Shown one piece after another: positions 34,475 through 47,975 of a stretch of DNA of 64,000 nt (positions within the stretch are counted from its first letter, which is position 1; every line of letters begins with the position of its first letter). The DNA lies in contig CM075991.1 of assembly GCA_038087875.1 (NCBI GenBank), positions 13,704,001 through 13,768,000 on the forward strand. The letters run 5' to 3'. The translations under genes were made by a program, and so were the position numbers. The stretch is from Malacoraja senta. Its lineage: Eukaryota. A model generated the notes under the pieces. It searched no databases. It saw only the letters and a program-made list of their open reading frames with translations, and was not told the origin of the DNA.

Positions 34475-35720
34475 ATGTCCTGGAGTGGAAGCATTATCTT
34501 GGGACCAATTGGAGAAGAGGCGGAGAGACTCAGAGTAAGAGATGGGAACCTTGCAAGAGGCGTGGGTGTAGGCGTAGTAAAGGTAGCTGTGAGAATCAAT
34601 GGGTTTCTACTACGTGTCGGTGGATATTCTATTCTATCCCCTGTGATCGATCCAGAGATCTCAAGAGACTGGAGAGAGTTATCACAGATAGACCAAATGA
34701 AGTTTAGGGCTGGGTCGAAATTATTAGTGAAATTGACGTAATCAATCAGTCTCTGTGTACAGGATGCAGCCCAGACACAGCCATCGATGTAGCAGAGACA
34801 TGTTTGGGGATTCTGCGGGTTATGTGTAGAGCAAAGAGCATTCGCTGTAATCAACGAAAAGACAGGTATAAATGGGCCAATGCAACTGTACACTGCTACA
34901 CTTTTGACACGGGGAAAATAAGAGAAACCAAAGGAAAGCTTGTTGGGTGAGATATCCATCAGGTGGAGCAGAAGAAAAAGGCAAAAACTCTGCGGATCAG
35001 GCAGAATCCCCATTAGAACATGGATAGGCGAGGTTTCAGATCGGGATCCTTCTTCAGACTGGTGGTAGTGGGTGGGTTGGGGAGCTATAGGGAGGAGGGA
35101 CAGGGCAAGTCTGGCAGGTAATAGGTGGATACAGGTGATGGTGGAGGGTGGGGGTATTTTGCAGGCAGATATTTGGACAAAGGCCAGAGATGAAAAGACA
35201 GATGTGAGACACAAGGATTGAAGAGTTATGACTTTAGAAGCTTGGTCTCGACCCTGGAGCAGAATGTTAGCTGAGGGAATCTGATTGGTTATCTGTTCGC
35301 GGAAGAAACGGAGGCCCCGAGGCCTTCCTGATGGGGAATAGACCTGCAAAGGAACTGGACTATAACGACTGGGCAACGGGGAAACGGGTTTGAGGCTGTG
35401 GAGGCGTCACTGGTTCAGTGTCAATGGTGAGCATGGGTGTGTCTGAGATCTGACGCCTGGCCTCAGCACGCTAGAGGTCAGTCTACCAGACTACGACAGC
35501 ACTTCCCTTGTCAGTGGGTTTGATGCTAATATTGGGAGTAGTATTGAGTAAGTCGAGAGCTGTGTGGGGTAGTGGAGAAATAGCGATGGTCGATGTTGTG
35601 GTGGCAGTAGGAGATCAAACGGTCGAGAGAGGTTAGACGTCTGGCAGGGGTTGTCCAGGGGGAGGAGTATTTGAGTCGGGAGAAGGGTGTCATCAGTGCG
35701 GCCGAAATAAATAGGCATGC
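34475..35720 (-). mobile_element. Old degenerate Penelope-like RT fragments with an embedded terminal-repeat piece
   Basis: LCYIDGC...YVNFTNNFDPALNF and GLRFF. Hammerhead-like CTGAAGAAGGATCCCGATCTGAAAC on - at ~35033-35057. Confidence 0.6.
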
Positions 35721-36076
35721 AGGGGTAGACACTGGACATCATGGCGCCTCGGGACAGATCGAGGAGTCGGCGCATGGGATGCAAGCATATCGCCTCTGCT
35801 GAGGATTGCTATGTCAATGGGTCGTGAAGAATTAATGTAAACAGCTCTATTGCAGATATAGTGCTCGGGGAAGTTGACACGAGCCATTAAAACTGATTAG
35901 CTGATTGGTGCTTGTCATTACAGGGGGGGTCATTTTTTAATAATCTTCTCCTTATCGCGATTCTGGCAATTTGTTCTATCGCGATCTGCCCAAAACCTTA
36001 ATATTGAGGTGTCGCCATCGTTAACAGGTGAGCCTTAAGGACGCAAAACAAAATAACTCTGAGATAGACACAAAAT

Positions 36077-36315
36077 GTAGTTGAGGCCAGTTCATTGGCT
36101 ATATTTAACTGCCACAGAATTTAGTTGAGGCCAGTTCATTGGCTGTATTTAAGAGGGAGTTAGATGTGGCCCTTGTGGCTAAAGGGATCAGGGGGTATGG
36201 AGAGAAAGCAGGTACAGGATACTGAGTTGGATGATCAGCCATGATCATATTGAATGGCGGTGCAGGCTCGAAGGGCCGAATGGCCTACTCCTGCACCTAT
36301 TTTCTATATCTATCT
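36077..36315 (+). mobile_element. CR1/HER1-like 3' end fragment
   Basis: Matches 22011-22200. Confidence 0.85.
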
Positions 36316-36329
36316 ATGTTAAAAAAAAA

Positions 36330-38700
36330 ATACTGGAGCAGCTCAGTGGGACAGGCAGCATCTCTGGATAGAAGGAATGGGTGACGTTTCGGATCGAGAC
36401 CCTTCTTTAGACTTGTGTTGGTGACGATAACAACCTCAATGATTGTTCCACTGGTTCTTCCCCTTCCCCCTCAAACCATGTGACCCCAGCTCTTCCCCAC
36501 CCACACTATAGGCCTCATACCCCCTTCCTCCCTGACCACCCACCGCCTCGGCCTCAGTCCACTCACCTGCCTTCCTCCGGCCCCAAACCCCATGCTTGCC
36601 ATGTGTTCACCAATCCCCTGACCTCCCCCTCTCGGATACGGAACATTCTGTCCTCAGCAGAGGCCTCACCTTTGTTCCCCTCCGTCCCCACCTCAATGAG
36701 TTCCGCGTCCGCCACGATGTGGAGCTCTTCTTGTCTTGCCTCCGCATCAAAGCATTTTTCCATGGGAAGGAGTCCTCGCCCCCAGTGATGACCCCTTCTC
36801 CCGTCTCCAATGGACCCTTCCTCTTGGACTCCCCCTCATGGTCATCTACCGGCTTTAGGCCTTTTTATTTTAAACTGCCGGTGGAACATCAGCCGCCTCA
36901 ACTTCTCCACTCCCCTTTCTTACTCTAACCCCCCCCCCCCCTCCTGACGTACAGCCCTCCACTCACTCTGCAACAACCCAGACTGGGTGATCAAAACTGC
37001 CGACAAGGGAGGTGCCGTGGTAATCTGGCGCGCTGATCTCTACAAAGCTGAGGCCACGCGTCAATTCTCAGACACTTCCTCCTAGTTATCCTTGGACCAT
37101 GACCCCACAGATGAGCACCATGCCACCATCTCTAACACTATCACTGACTTCATCACTTCCGTCTTCCTGCCCTCCCAAGCCTCCAACCTCATCGTTCCCC
37201 AGCCCCGCACGGCCCAATTTTACCTTCTCCCCAAAATCCACAAACCTGACTGTCCCGGCAGACCCATTGTTTCTGCCTGTTCGTGCCCCACCGAACATAT
37301 TTCCACATACCTCGACTCCATCCAATCCCCCTTGGTTAAATCCCTCCCTACGCATGTTCAAGACACCTCACACGTTCTTAGCCTCCTCCATGACTTCCGT
37401 TTTCTAGGCCCCCATTCCCTCATCTTCACCAAGGATGTCCAGTCACTCTACACCTCCATCCGCCACCAGGAGGGTCTTAAAGCCCTCCGTTTCTTGCTCG
37501 ACCACAGAAGCAGCCAATCCCCGTCTACTGATAATCCCCTCTGCCAAACGGAGCTGGTCCTTACCCTTAACAACTTTTCATTTGACTCCTCCCATTTCCT
37601 CCAAATCCAAGGCGTAGCTATGGGCATGCACATGGGCCCAAGCTATGCCAGCCTCTTTTGAAGGGTTAGTCGAACAATCCTTGTTCGATGTGTACCACGG
37701 CCCTATCCCTGAACTCTACCTCTGCTACATCGACAACTGCATTGGTGGTACCTCCTGCACCCATACACAATTCGCTGACTTCATCCAATTCACCACTAAC
37801 TTCCATCCGGCACTCAAATACACATCTCCCTACAGTTTCTGGACCTCACTATCTCCATCGCAGGTGACAGAATACTGACCGGCATCTACTATAAACCCAA
37901 TGACTCCCATGGCTATCTGGAGTACACTTCTTCCCACCCTGCTTCCTGTAACTACATCCTCTACTCACACTTCCTCCGTCTACGCCACATCTGCACCCAG
38001 ATAAGGTGTCCCAGGGCATCGGAGATGTCCTCATTCTTTAGAGAACAGGGGGTCCCCTCTTCTACTATAGATGAGGCTCTCATCAGGGTCTGTTCTGTAC
38101 ACCGTAACTCTGCTCTCACTCCCCATCACCACAATCGTAACAAGGGCAGAGTCCCCCTTGTCCTCACCTTCCACCCTACCAACCGTCACATACAACAAAT
38201 AATCCCCCGACATTTTCGCCACCTCCAACGGGATCCCACCACTGGCCACATCTTCCCATCTCTTCTCCTTTCGGCTTTCCGCAGAGACCGCTCCCTCCGT
38301 AACTCCCTGGTCAATTCCTCCCTTCCCACCCAAACCACACCCTCTCCGGGCACTTTCCCTTGCAACCGCAGGAAATGATAAACGTATCGCTTTACCTCCC
38401 CCCTTGACTCCATTCAAGGACCCAAGCAGTCTTTCCAGGTGCTGCAGAGGTTCACCTGCTCCTCCTCCAACCTTATCAATTGCATCCGCTGCTCTCTAGG
38501 TGTCAGCTGCTCTACACCGGTGAGACCAAGCCTAGGCTTGGCGATCGCTTCGCCCAACACCTCTGCTCTGTTCGCAATAACCAACTTCATCTCCCGGTGA
38601 CTCAGCTCTTCAACTCCCCCTCCCATTCCGAATCCGACCTTTCTTTCCTGGGACTCCTCCATGGCCAGAGTGAGTCCCACCGTAAATTGGAGGAGCAGCT
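36330..38700 (+). mobile_element. Degenerate long copy of dispersed Penelope-like element (RT plus GIY-YIG), preceded by an inverted terminal-repeat fragment (36330-36412)
   Basis: VLSRGLTFVP, KTADKGGAVV, FYLLPKIHK, DVQSLYTSI, QIQGVAMG, YIDN, CSSSNLI.CI, YTGETK.RLGDRFAQHL. Multiple stops and frameshifts. Confidence 0.9.
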
Positions 38701-39264
38701 CCAATTTAAGGTACTGGTGCTATGAGGTTTTTCACATTAACCTCAACAAGAGCAGACACAGTGGCGCATGTCAAAAGCCCCGTGATCGATCCTCCCCGAG
38801 TTTGTACGCTGTCCCCATGACCTGCGAGGGTTTTCTCCGGGAGCTCCGGTTTCCTCCCACTCACCAAATACGTTAAATTTGTAGGTTAATTAGCTTGGTA
38901 AAATTGTAAATTGTCCCTAGTCGATCCCTGGGCCTTGTCCTCCACCTTTCAGCTCCGCAATCTCTGTTAACAGTAACCTGCCCTTATTCATATGACAGAT
39001 GACAATAAAACACCCTTGACTCTTCTAACAGCTGCTTTTCAGATTTCTCAGAGTCCTCATCTTGTCAGCTCTGCAATCTCTGTTGAAACAATGGTTTGAC
39101 GACAGCAGGGTTTATTGACCCAATTATTTTTTTTAGAATTGCGGATAAACTGATGAAAATAGGGTGGTTCTCCGAGGCAGTTGCATTGAGATCTGATAGA
39201 GGTGGTTAAATTCAAGAAGGATCTGGGCAGAGTAGATAGAAACTCTTTTCATTGAGAGTGCATG

Positions 39265-39570
39265 ACACTACAGTAGAGTTGCTGCCTTACAGCGAATGCA
39301 GCGCCGGAGACCCGAGTTCGATCCCGACTACGGGTGCTGTCTGCGCGGAGTTAGTACATTCTCCCCGTGACCTGCGTGGGTTTTCTCCAAGATCTTCGGT
39401 TTCCTCCCACACCCCAAAGACGTACAGGTTTGTAGCTTAATTGGCTTGGTGTAAATGTAAAAATTGTCCCTGGTGGGTGTAGGATAGTGTTAATGTGCGG
39501 GGATCGCTGGTCGGCGCGGATCCAGTGGGCCGAAGAGTGTGTTTCCGCGCTGTATCTCTAAACTAAATTA
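39265..39570 (+). mobile_element. tRNA-derived HE1/V-SINE-like element
   Basis: GTAGAGTTGCTGCCT..., B-box-like GAGTTCGATCC, core GGTTTCCTCCCAC, tail TGTATCTCTAAACTAAA. Confidence 0.82.
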
Positions 39571-40873
39571 AGAAGGGTTAATTAATATGGAAGACAAAAG
39601 TAATGAGATTTGGAAATTAGTCAGTGTTGAAACAACAAGTAGTTAGGGTTTAGAATGCACCATCCTGGGTTGTAATGGAGGCAGATTGAAAGATGTCAAA
39701 GGCGATGTGGTTTAGTATCTGAAAGAAAATAATCTGCTGAGCTGTGAGAGAGACAAGTGACAAATTTAGCTGGATTGATCTTAAATAGAGCCAATATGAA
39801 CTCAGTGGGGAACTTGGTCTCCTTCTGTGCTCCGTTACCGTGTTAATTTGAAAATGCACCTCACAATTCCACAAAAATAAACTGCAATGATACATCCAAT
39901 TTAGTTTTACATTTATTTTATTGTCCATCACCCCCCTGCCTTGTTTCAAAGCTGAATCGCAAGGGCCTCATTGATCAGCAGCGACTGCCTATTTGGAAGA
40001 CGACCTACTGAGGCATTTTATAAGGCTCCATTTGCCCTGTCACTTCCACAGTCTGGGCACATATCGTTATAGGTCTCTCTATTCATTTGCTCATTTTAGA
40101 TATCGTTGGATGAAACAAAGAATTTGAGGGAGCCTTTTAATGTGGATTAGAAGCTTAAGTTAACAAAGTTCGGGAACATAGAACAATACAACATAGAAAC
40201 AAGACCTTCACCCCATAAGTTCTGTGTTCAACATGATACCGACCAACTTTTATCTTACTGCACATGATCAATGAGCTTATCCAAAATCCTGAAATGTCAC
40301 TATCCACCACCACTGCTAGACAATTCTAGACACACGTCACTTTTTAGTCAAGGGAATAAATGAAAGCTTCTCATTTGTCCTCATTCGTTCACAATCCTTG
40401 AATCCATCCTGTAATTTAGGCATATAAAAATCAGAAAGTCTTGAAAAGAACAAGTAATTTGAGATCGCAGTTGACAGCCAACATCAACATCATGACCTCT
40501 CTTGTTATCATCTCAAGTTCGGTTACCCACGTTGCAAGTAAGAAGAAAACTAGCAAAGCTACCTAACTGCATAATAGCAAGTTACGTTGTTTTTATCTTC
40601 TACAGATTATTACCCGAGAAGTTATTGTTTAATTCTATTTTGTTTATCTTTTATCAGATGTATTTAATATTGCGTTAGGTGTAGTTGGATGTAAGATGAG
40701 CCTCGGTTGAATGAGTTCAATGTGACTAAGTTGAAACCTGGGTACTTTAAGCCAATAAATCTATTAATTTTTCACAATTGACGGGAATGCAAATTACATA
40801 ATGTGTGAGAATACACATTTAGAGCAGGCCTGAAACTGTTTCATGTTTTGACCTACTGGAGAAATTATGTTAT

Positions 40874-41108
40874 AGACAATAGACAATAGACAATAGACAA
40901 TAGACAATATGTGCAAGAGTAGGCCATTTGGCCCTTCGAGCCAGCACCGCCATTCAATGTGATCATGGCTGATCATCCCCAATCAGTACCCCGTTCCTGC
41001 CTTCTCCCCATATCCCCTGACCGCTATTTTTAAGAGCCCTATCTAGCTCTCTCTTGAAAGCATCCAGAGAACCTGCCTCCACCGCCCTCTGAGGCAGAGA
41101 ATTCCACG
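40874..41108 (-). mobile_element. CR1/HER1-like 3' fragment with (AGACAAT)n tail
   Basis: Reverse complement of the 17110-17330 type sequence. Confidence 0.85.
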
Positions 41109-41944
41109 GAAATTATGTTGGATAAAGTTATTCTCGCAGCCTTTCCTTAAACAGGTCCCAGAGGAGAAAGCAGCATGTTAGTGCGCTGAGCCATCCATGT
41201 TCGCTATTTGTTGGCAGAAAACCTCACTAAAATATTAGACCATTGATTCATTGTAGCATTTCATCTGTCCTGTAAAATAAATGCATGGAACTACAGGTTA
41301 GCAGAATGCCTCTGTTGTTGAATGTAAGTTTTTGCTGCATCACACACAATATTAATGTGATCATCATCTAAACGTCTGTAGTTTTATAACCACCATATAG
41401 TGATGTTGGGAGTTTGGACACAGCATTTTGAATTAGCCTATGGTATTTTAGGTTAGGAGGCGCAAAGCAATTCAGTGTGTGAATGAAAGGGGTTGAACAG
41501 TTGCTTGGTGAGGAGCAGCAAAGTGTTGGTTGGTTCGCTGTTTGGCCTGTTGTTTTCTACTTGAATTAATGGAGAAACATAAGACTAAATCTAAGCTCCA
41601 AAGGCCTTGAAGAAATGAAGACTGCGTGAAGCATGATGAAAGTAAACATCTCATGTAACAGCTGGATCTGGGGCAAGCAGGCATGATGCAAGGAAATCAA
41701 TTTGGAGATTTACAGGAAATAAATTGCTCATTGGAGAAATGTTGCTTGTAAAATAGCTTGAAAATGTAAATACTGAACAGGATACAATGCTTGCACTGAA
41801 AATATTAACTTTTATATTTAAAAAATCTTGTCAAAAATGATGCAAAATAAATTACTTGGAGGACCACAGCAGGTCAAGCAGCATCTCTGGAGCCAAATGC
41901 ATAGTTGATATTTTGGGTCCACCTCCCGCATCGAGACTTAGAAT

Positions 41945-43190
41945 GTCAAGATTCAAGATTCAAGATTCAAGAGAGTTTATTGTCATGTGTCCCAGATAGG
42001 ACAATGAAATTCTTGCTTTGCTTCAGCACAACAGAATATGGTAGGCATGAATACAGAACAGATCAGTGTGTCCATATACCATTATATAAATATATGCACA
42101 CATGAATAAATAAACAGATAATGTGCAAATAAACAGTTAATGGGCTATTAATGTTCAGAGTTTTGTTTGAGTTCAGTTTAATAGCCTGATGGCTGTGGGG
42201 AAGAGCTATTCCTGAAGCTGGACGTTGCAGTCTTCAGGCTCCCGTGCCTTCTACCTGAAGGTAGCGGGGAGATGAGTGTGTGGCCAGGGTGGTATGGGTC
42301 CTTGATGATGCTGCCAGCCTTTTTGAGGCAGCGACTGCGATAGATCCCCTTGATGGTAGGGAGGTCAGAGCCGATGATGGACTGGGCAGTGTTTACTACT
42401 TCTTGTAGTCTTTTCTGCTCCTGGGCACAAGTTGCCGAACCAAGCCATGATGCAACCGGTCAGCATGCTCTCTACTGTGCACATGTAGAAGTTAGAGAGA
42501 GACCTCCTTGACATACCGACTCTCCATAATCTTCTCATGAAGTAGAGGCGCTGATGTGCTTTCTTTATAATTGCATCAGTATTCTCGGACCAGGAGAGAT
42601 CTTCAGAGATGTGCACGCCCAGGAATTTGAAGCTCTTGACCCTCTCCACCATCGACCCGTTCATATAAATGGGACTGTGGGTCCCCATCCTACTCCTTCC
42701 AAAGTCCACAATCAGTTCCTTGGTTTTGCTGGTGTTGAGGGCCAGATTATTGTACTGGCACCATTTGGTCAGTTGGTCGATCTCACTTCTGCACTCTGAC
42801 TCCTCCCCATCAGTGATACATCCCACAACAGTGGTGTCGTCAGCGAACTTGATGGTGGTGTTCGCACTATGACCGGCTACGCAGTCATGAGTATAGAGTG
42901 AGTACAGCAGGGGCTGAGCACGCAGCCTTGAGGTGCTCCCTTGCTGATTGTTATCGAGGCTGACACCTTTCCACCAATACCAACTGACTGTGGTCTGTGA
43001 ATGAGGAAGTCGAGGATCCAAATGCAGAGGGAAACACAGATACCCAGTTCTACGAGTTTGGTAACCAGCTTGGAGGGGATGATTGTATTAAATGCCGAGC
43101 TGTAATCAATGAATAACAGCCTGGCATATGAGTTTTTGTTGTCCAAGTGGTCCAGAGCGGAGTGGAGAGTCAGCTAGATCGCATCTGTTG
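41945..43190 (-). mobile_element. Rex1/Babar-like LINE 3' part (RT)
   Basis: [53 protein letters not shown]. (TCTTGAA)n tail after AATAAA. Confidence 0.85.
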
Positions 43191-44789
43191 TGGCGGTAGA
43201 TGCGATCCCTGGTACGTCGATGCGATCCCTGTACATCGTCTCTGGTGCATGTAGGATAGTGTTAGGGTGCGGGAGTCGGTGTGGTCTTGATGGGCCGAAG
43301 GGCCTGTTTCCGTGCTGTATCTCCAAACTTAATAATTAAACTTGAAGAGACATTGGTTATCAGTAACCCCCACACATGGTACTGAAAAGTACACAAAGTA
43401 GGAGGAGAATGAAGCACTCATGGGAAAATAAAGCGATCATGGGGAGAACTTGCAAACTCCACACAGACAGCACCCAAGGTCAGGATGGAGCCCGGGTCTC
43501 CGGCGCTGTGAGGCAGCTGCTCTACCCGCTCCCCTGCTGCAGCCGTTTCTGCGATCCTTGTTTAATGCCCACATCCCGGAAATAGAATTGCATTTGTAAG
43601 TAACGTCTATGGGTTCACCATAGAAGTGTAGATACCTCTAACTACCAACCAACTGAAACACTTGATGAAAACCATGGCAGGCTGGGAGCTGAACTAATGC
43701 AACTGAATCATCCTACCACAACTAGAGAGCAGTCCTGAACTACTATCGACCTCTTTGGTGACCCTCGCACTATCCTTGATCGAACTTTGCTGACTTTACC
43801 TTGCACCAAACGTTATTCCCTCATTCGGTTGTTTAAGAAAAAACTGCAGATACTGGAAAAATCGAAGGTATACAAAAATTCTCGAGGAACTCAGCGGGTG
43901 AGGCAGCATGTATAGGCGATGTTTCACATAGATGCTTTCCTTAGATGCTGCCTCACCCACTGAGTTCCTCCAGCATTGTTGTCCACATTCCCTCATTCGG
44001 CATATCTGTACCCTAGAAATGGCTCGACTGTAATCATGTATTGTCTTTCTGCTGACTGGTTAGCACGCAACAGAAGCTTTTCACTCTACCTCGGTACACG
44101 TGACAATAAACTAAACTGAACTAAAGGCTGCTGGTGGAAACTGAGCCCAACCTCTTTGCCAAGTAGTTAAGACCCCAAATGTGTGTTTTGCCTGTAAAGT
44201 AACGTAAAATAATGAGGACTTTCGAAAGACATTTGGACAGAGTTATGGATGGGAACGATTTGGAGGGCTATGGGCCAACTGAAGGCTAATGGGACTAGCC
44301 CAGCGTGGACAAGTTGGGCCAAAAGGCTTGTTTCCACGTCGTATAGCTCTGCGACTCGCTGTTACTTCAGCACTTTGCTGCTTTCCATGCATTCAGTTGG
44401 GAAAACCTTCCATCGTTCTGTGTCCAAGCAGCTCCACCCACCTGTTTCATTCTTCCCTCCACCACAACAACAGAGTCATCAAGGATGTGCAGGAAGGAAC
44501 TGCAGATGCTGGATAAAAAAATCGACGAAACAAAATGCTGGAGTAACTCAGCGGGACAGGCAGCATCGCTGGAGAGAAGGAATGGGTGACGTTTCGGGGC
44601 GAGACCCTTCTTCAGACTGAGACCCATGAAAGAGACTGATTTGAATTGATTTAAAAGATACAGCATGGAAACAGGCCCTTCGGCCCATCGGGTCCACGCT
44701 GACCATTGATCACCCATTCACACTAGTTTTACTCTATTTAAAAAAAACGCACAAAGTAACTCAACGGGTCGGACAGTTAACACTATCAC

Positions 44790-45005
44790 TAGGGACCATT
44801 TTTACATTTATACCGAGCCAATTAACCTACAACCCTGTACGTCTTTGGACTGTGGGTGGAAACCGAAGATCTCGGAGAAAACCGACGCAGGTCACGGGGA
44901 GAACGTACAAACTCCGTACAGGCAGCACCCGTAGTCGGGATCGAACCCGGGTCTCCGGTGCTGCATTCGCTGTAAGGCAGCAACTCTACCGCTGCGCCAC
45001 CGTGA
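44790..45005 (-). mobile_element. HE1/V-SINE-like element
   Basis: Reverse complement of the 39265-type SINE, with A/B boxes. Confidence 0.82.
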
Positions 45006-45241
45006 CCGCCCGAATTTCTATGCATCCTCTACTTAATCGGGTATGGCAATATTCTTACTGATCTCTGTATGCAGAAAATGAATTTCAATGTATTTGGACA
45101 GGTACCCGTTGGGACAGTGTGTAGGAAGGAACTGTGTGCTGTATGATTCTGTGACTCAGGTTTAACCTTGAGATTGCCTCCAAACACCGCTTAAAAATCT
45201 GTGACTCTTGGGTGTAAGACGAATGACACGAAAACCATTGG

Positions 45242-45918
45242 TGTTTAAGAAGCAGCTGCAGATGCTGGAAAATTGAAGGTAGACAAAAATGCTGGAGAAA
45301 CTCAACCGGTGAGGCAGCATCTATGGAGCAAAGTAAATAGGCAACGTTTCGGGTCGAAGCCCTTCTTCAGACTGATGTGAGGGTGGGGGGGGGGAGGAAG
45401 AAAGGAAGAGGTGGAGGCAGTGGGCTGAGAGAGAGCTGAGAAGGGCAGGTGAAAGCAGGGACTACCTGAATAGAGAATTCAATGTTCATACCGCTGGGGT
45501 GCAAACTGCCCAAGCGAAATATGAGGTGCTGCTCCTCCAATTTACGATGGTCCTCAGTCTGGCCATGGAGGAGGCCCAGGACAGAAAGGTCAGATTCGGA
45601 ATGGGAGGGGGAGTTGAAGTGTTGAGCAACCGGGAGATCAGTTTGGTTAGTGCGAACCGAGCGGAGGTGTTCAGCGAAACGATCGCCAAGCCTACGCTTG
45701 GTCTCACCGATGTAGAGCAGCTGACATCTAGAGCAGCGGATGCAATAGATGAGGTTGGAGGAAGTGCAGGTGAACCTCTGTCGCACCTGGAACGGCTGCT
45801 TGGGTCCTTGAATGGAGTCAAGGGGGTAGGTAAAGCGACAAGTGTAACATTTCTTGTGGTTGCAAGGGAAAGTGCCAGGAGTGGGGGTGGTTCGGGTGGA
45901 AAGGGACGAATTGACAAG
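45242..45918 (-). mobile_element. Penelope-like 3' fragment (GIY-YIG plus terminal repeat)
   Basis: CTSSNLIYCIRCSRCQLLYIGETKRRLGDRFAEHL...LEEQHLIFRLGSLHPSGMN. Confidence 0.9.
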
Positions 45919-47591
45919 GGACCCTCTTTTGAACCATTGAACCCTCTTTCTCTGAAGGATTAATGTTACTGGGCCAGCGACTCCTCACCCGCTCACCCTC
46001 TGATCAGAGGGGGGAAAAGTCGAGAAGAAATCATCTGCTATCTCTCGCTTCCATCCTCTCTGCATGGAGTTTTCGCATTCTCCCCGTGACCTCGTGGCTT
46101 CTGACAGGGGCTCAGGCTTCCCCCCCACTTCCCAACGTCCCGCTCAGAGGTGAATTGTCCTCTGTAAATGATCCCACAGACAGGAGAATCACTGAATGTA
46201 GAACAGTACCGCACACAAACAGGCCCTTCGGCCCGCAATGTTCCTGCTGTACATGACGCCAGGATAAACCACTGCACATGACCAATATCCCACCATTCCG
46301 TGCATATCCATATCCTTAACCAACAACTGTCTTAAACGCCACTATCGTATCTGCCTTCATCACCCAAGCTGGTAGCGTATTTCAGACACCCACCATTCTC
46401 TGTGTAAAAAACTTGACCCCCACATCTTTTTTAAACTTTGCCCCTCATACCTTAAATCTATGCCCACTAGTATTTGATAAATCCATAACCTATTTCTGGT
46501 TATAAAATGTTCTGACCGTCTTGGGGGAAGTTGATGACTACTCGAGAGAGAGAGAGAGAGAGAGGGAATCTGTTACGGGGAATAAGTGATGGAATGGGAT
46601 TGCCCTGAGAGTCGGCATTGATCACATGGGCTGAATGGCCTCCTCTCCTACATAGAAGTGTTAATAAGTTTGTTGGCCGTATACTCATGAGCACAAAAGC
46701 CTGTACTTCCTCGGCTGGCTCTGTGCCATAAGACCGTAAGATATAGAAGAATTAAGCCATTCAGCCCATCGTGCATTCAATCACGGCTGATCTAATTTCC
46801 CCTCTCAACCCCATTCTCCTGCCATCTCCCTGTAACCTTTGATGCCCTTATAATCAAGAACCTGTCAAATCTCCGCCTTAAAAGCACCCAATGTTTTGGC
46901 CTCCACAGTCTTCTGTGGCAATGAATTCCACAGATTCACCACCTTCTGACTAAAGAAATTCCTCCTCATCTCCAATTTGAAAGTACGTCCTTTTGTTCTG
47001 AGTTAGCACCCTCTGTTTTTTTTCTCCCACCACTGTAAACATCCTCCCCATTTCCACTCTATCCAGGAATTTCATTATTCGGTGGGTTTCAATGAATTTG
47101 CAACTCATCCTTCTAAACTCCAGCGAGTACAGGACCAGAGCCTTCAAAAACTACCCAACCACCCCCGGGATCATACCCGTAATCCTAAACCAAGACCACT
47201 GAACAGAAGACTGCAGGAATTTGTTACACACAGGAGATTTTTAAATTGGATCCAGCTTTAATACGTTCCTTTCAACAATGCATCAAAGGCACTCGTTGAC
47301 TCGGTAAGGTGGTGCGAGGGCATTCCCCCCCCCCCCCCCTCCCCCTCGAAACTTCAGGTGGCAAACACAAGTAAACAGGTCTGTGCAATAACTCAAGCCG
47401 CTGTGAGAATATGAAGTCCAAAACAAAGGCTCGTTGTACAGCCTCCTCACAGCTGTTCTCTCCAACGCACTGTCACAGTTCATCCAAACACCAGCGGGCT
47501 CAGCGATGCCAGCCAGGCTAAGCTATGTACAAGAGGCACCACATGCCTGGGCGATGAAAGCTAGGGATGGCGAACCGCAGGACGATATTGG

Positions 47592-47975
47592 CTAGACGTC
47601 GGTGGTTCGAATCCCGTCATCGTCCAGCTTGTAATCGAAGTGGTGTTCTTTGTGCGGCGCGGGCTGGGACCGGTGCCTGCGCCGCTGGTCTTGCCCGTTC
47701 ACGCGTGCCGGCGGCGTGGTGGGGGACTGCGGGTGGGCCTGGTGCCCGCCGGCTTCCCCCGCCGGTGTGGTGGTGCCGGGCGGCTTGGTGGTGGTGGTGG
47801 TGGTGGTGGTGGCGGTGGTTGGCACCGGGGTCCAGGGCTGCCACGAGGGCACCACGGAGGACGACTTGCCCAGGGGCCGCTTCTCATCGGCAGAGGCCGG
47901 GGCCGGGGGGGCGGCTGGGTCGGCCGCCATCGCCGGGACGGTCCTGCCCGTGAAGGAGCCTGGAGCCGGGACCAC
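47592..47975 (-). CDS. PLEKHA2: PLEKHA2 (TAPP2) last coding exon, ending in a PDZ-binding motif
   Basis: tttacag|GTG GTC...; SWQPWTPVP and LDDDGIRTTDV* (TAPP2-type IRT(S/T)DV C-terminus). Confidence 0.8.
   Translation of the reverse strand: MVPAPGSFTGRTVPAMAADPAAPPAPASADEKRPLGKSSSVVPSWQPWTPVPTTATTTTTTTTKPPGTTTPAGEAGGHQAHPQSPTTPPARVNGQDQRRRHRSQPAPHKEHHFDYKLDDDGIRTTDV

Noticed and set aside
39270..39330. tRNA genes at SINE heads
   Set aside because: A/B boxes run into the SINE core and tail; no complete cloverleaf.
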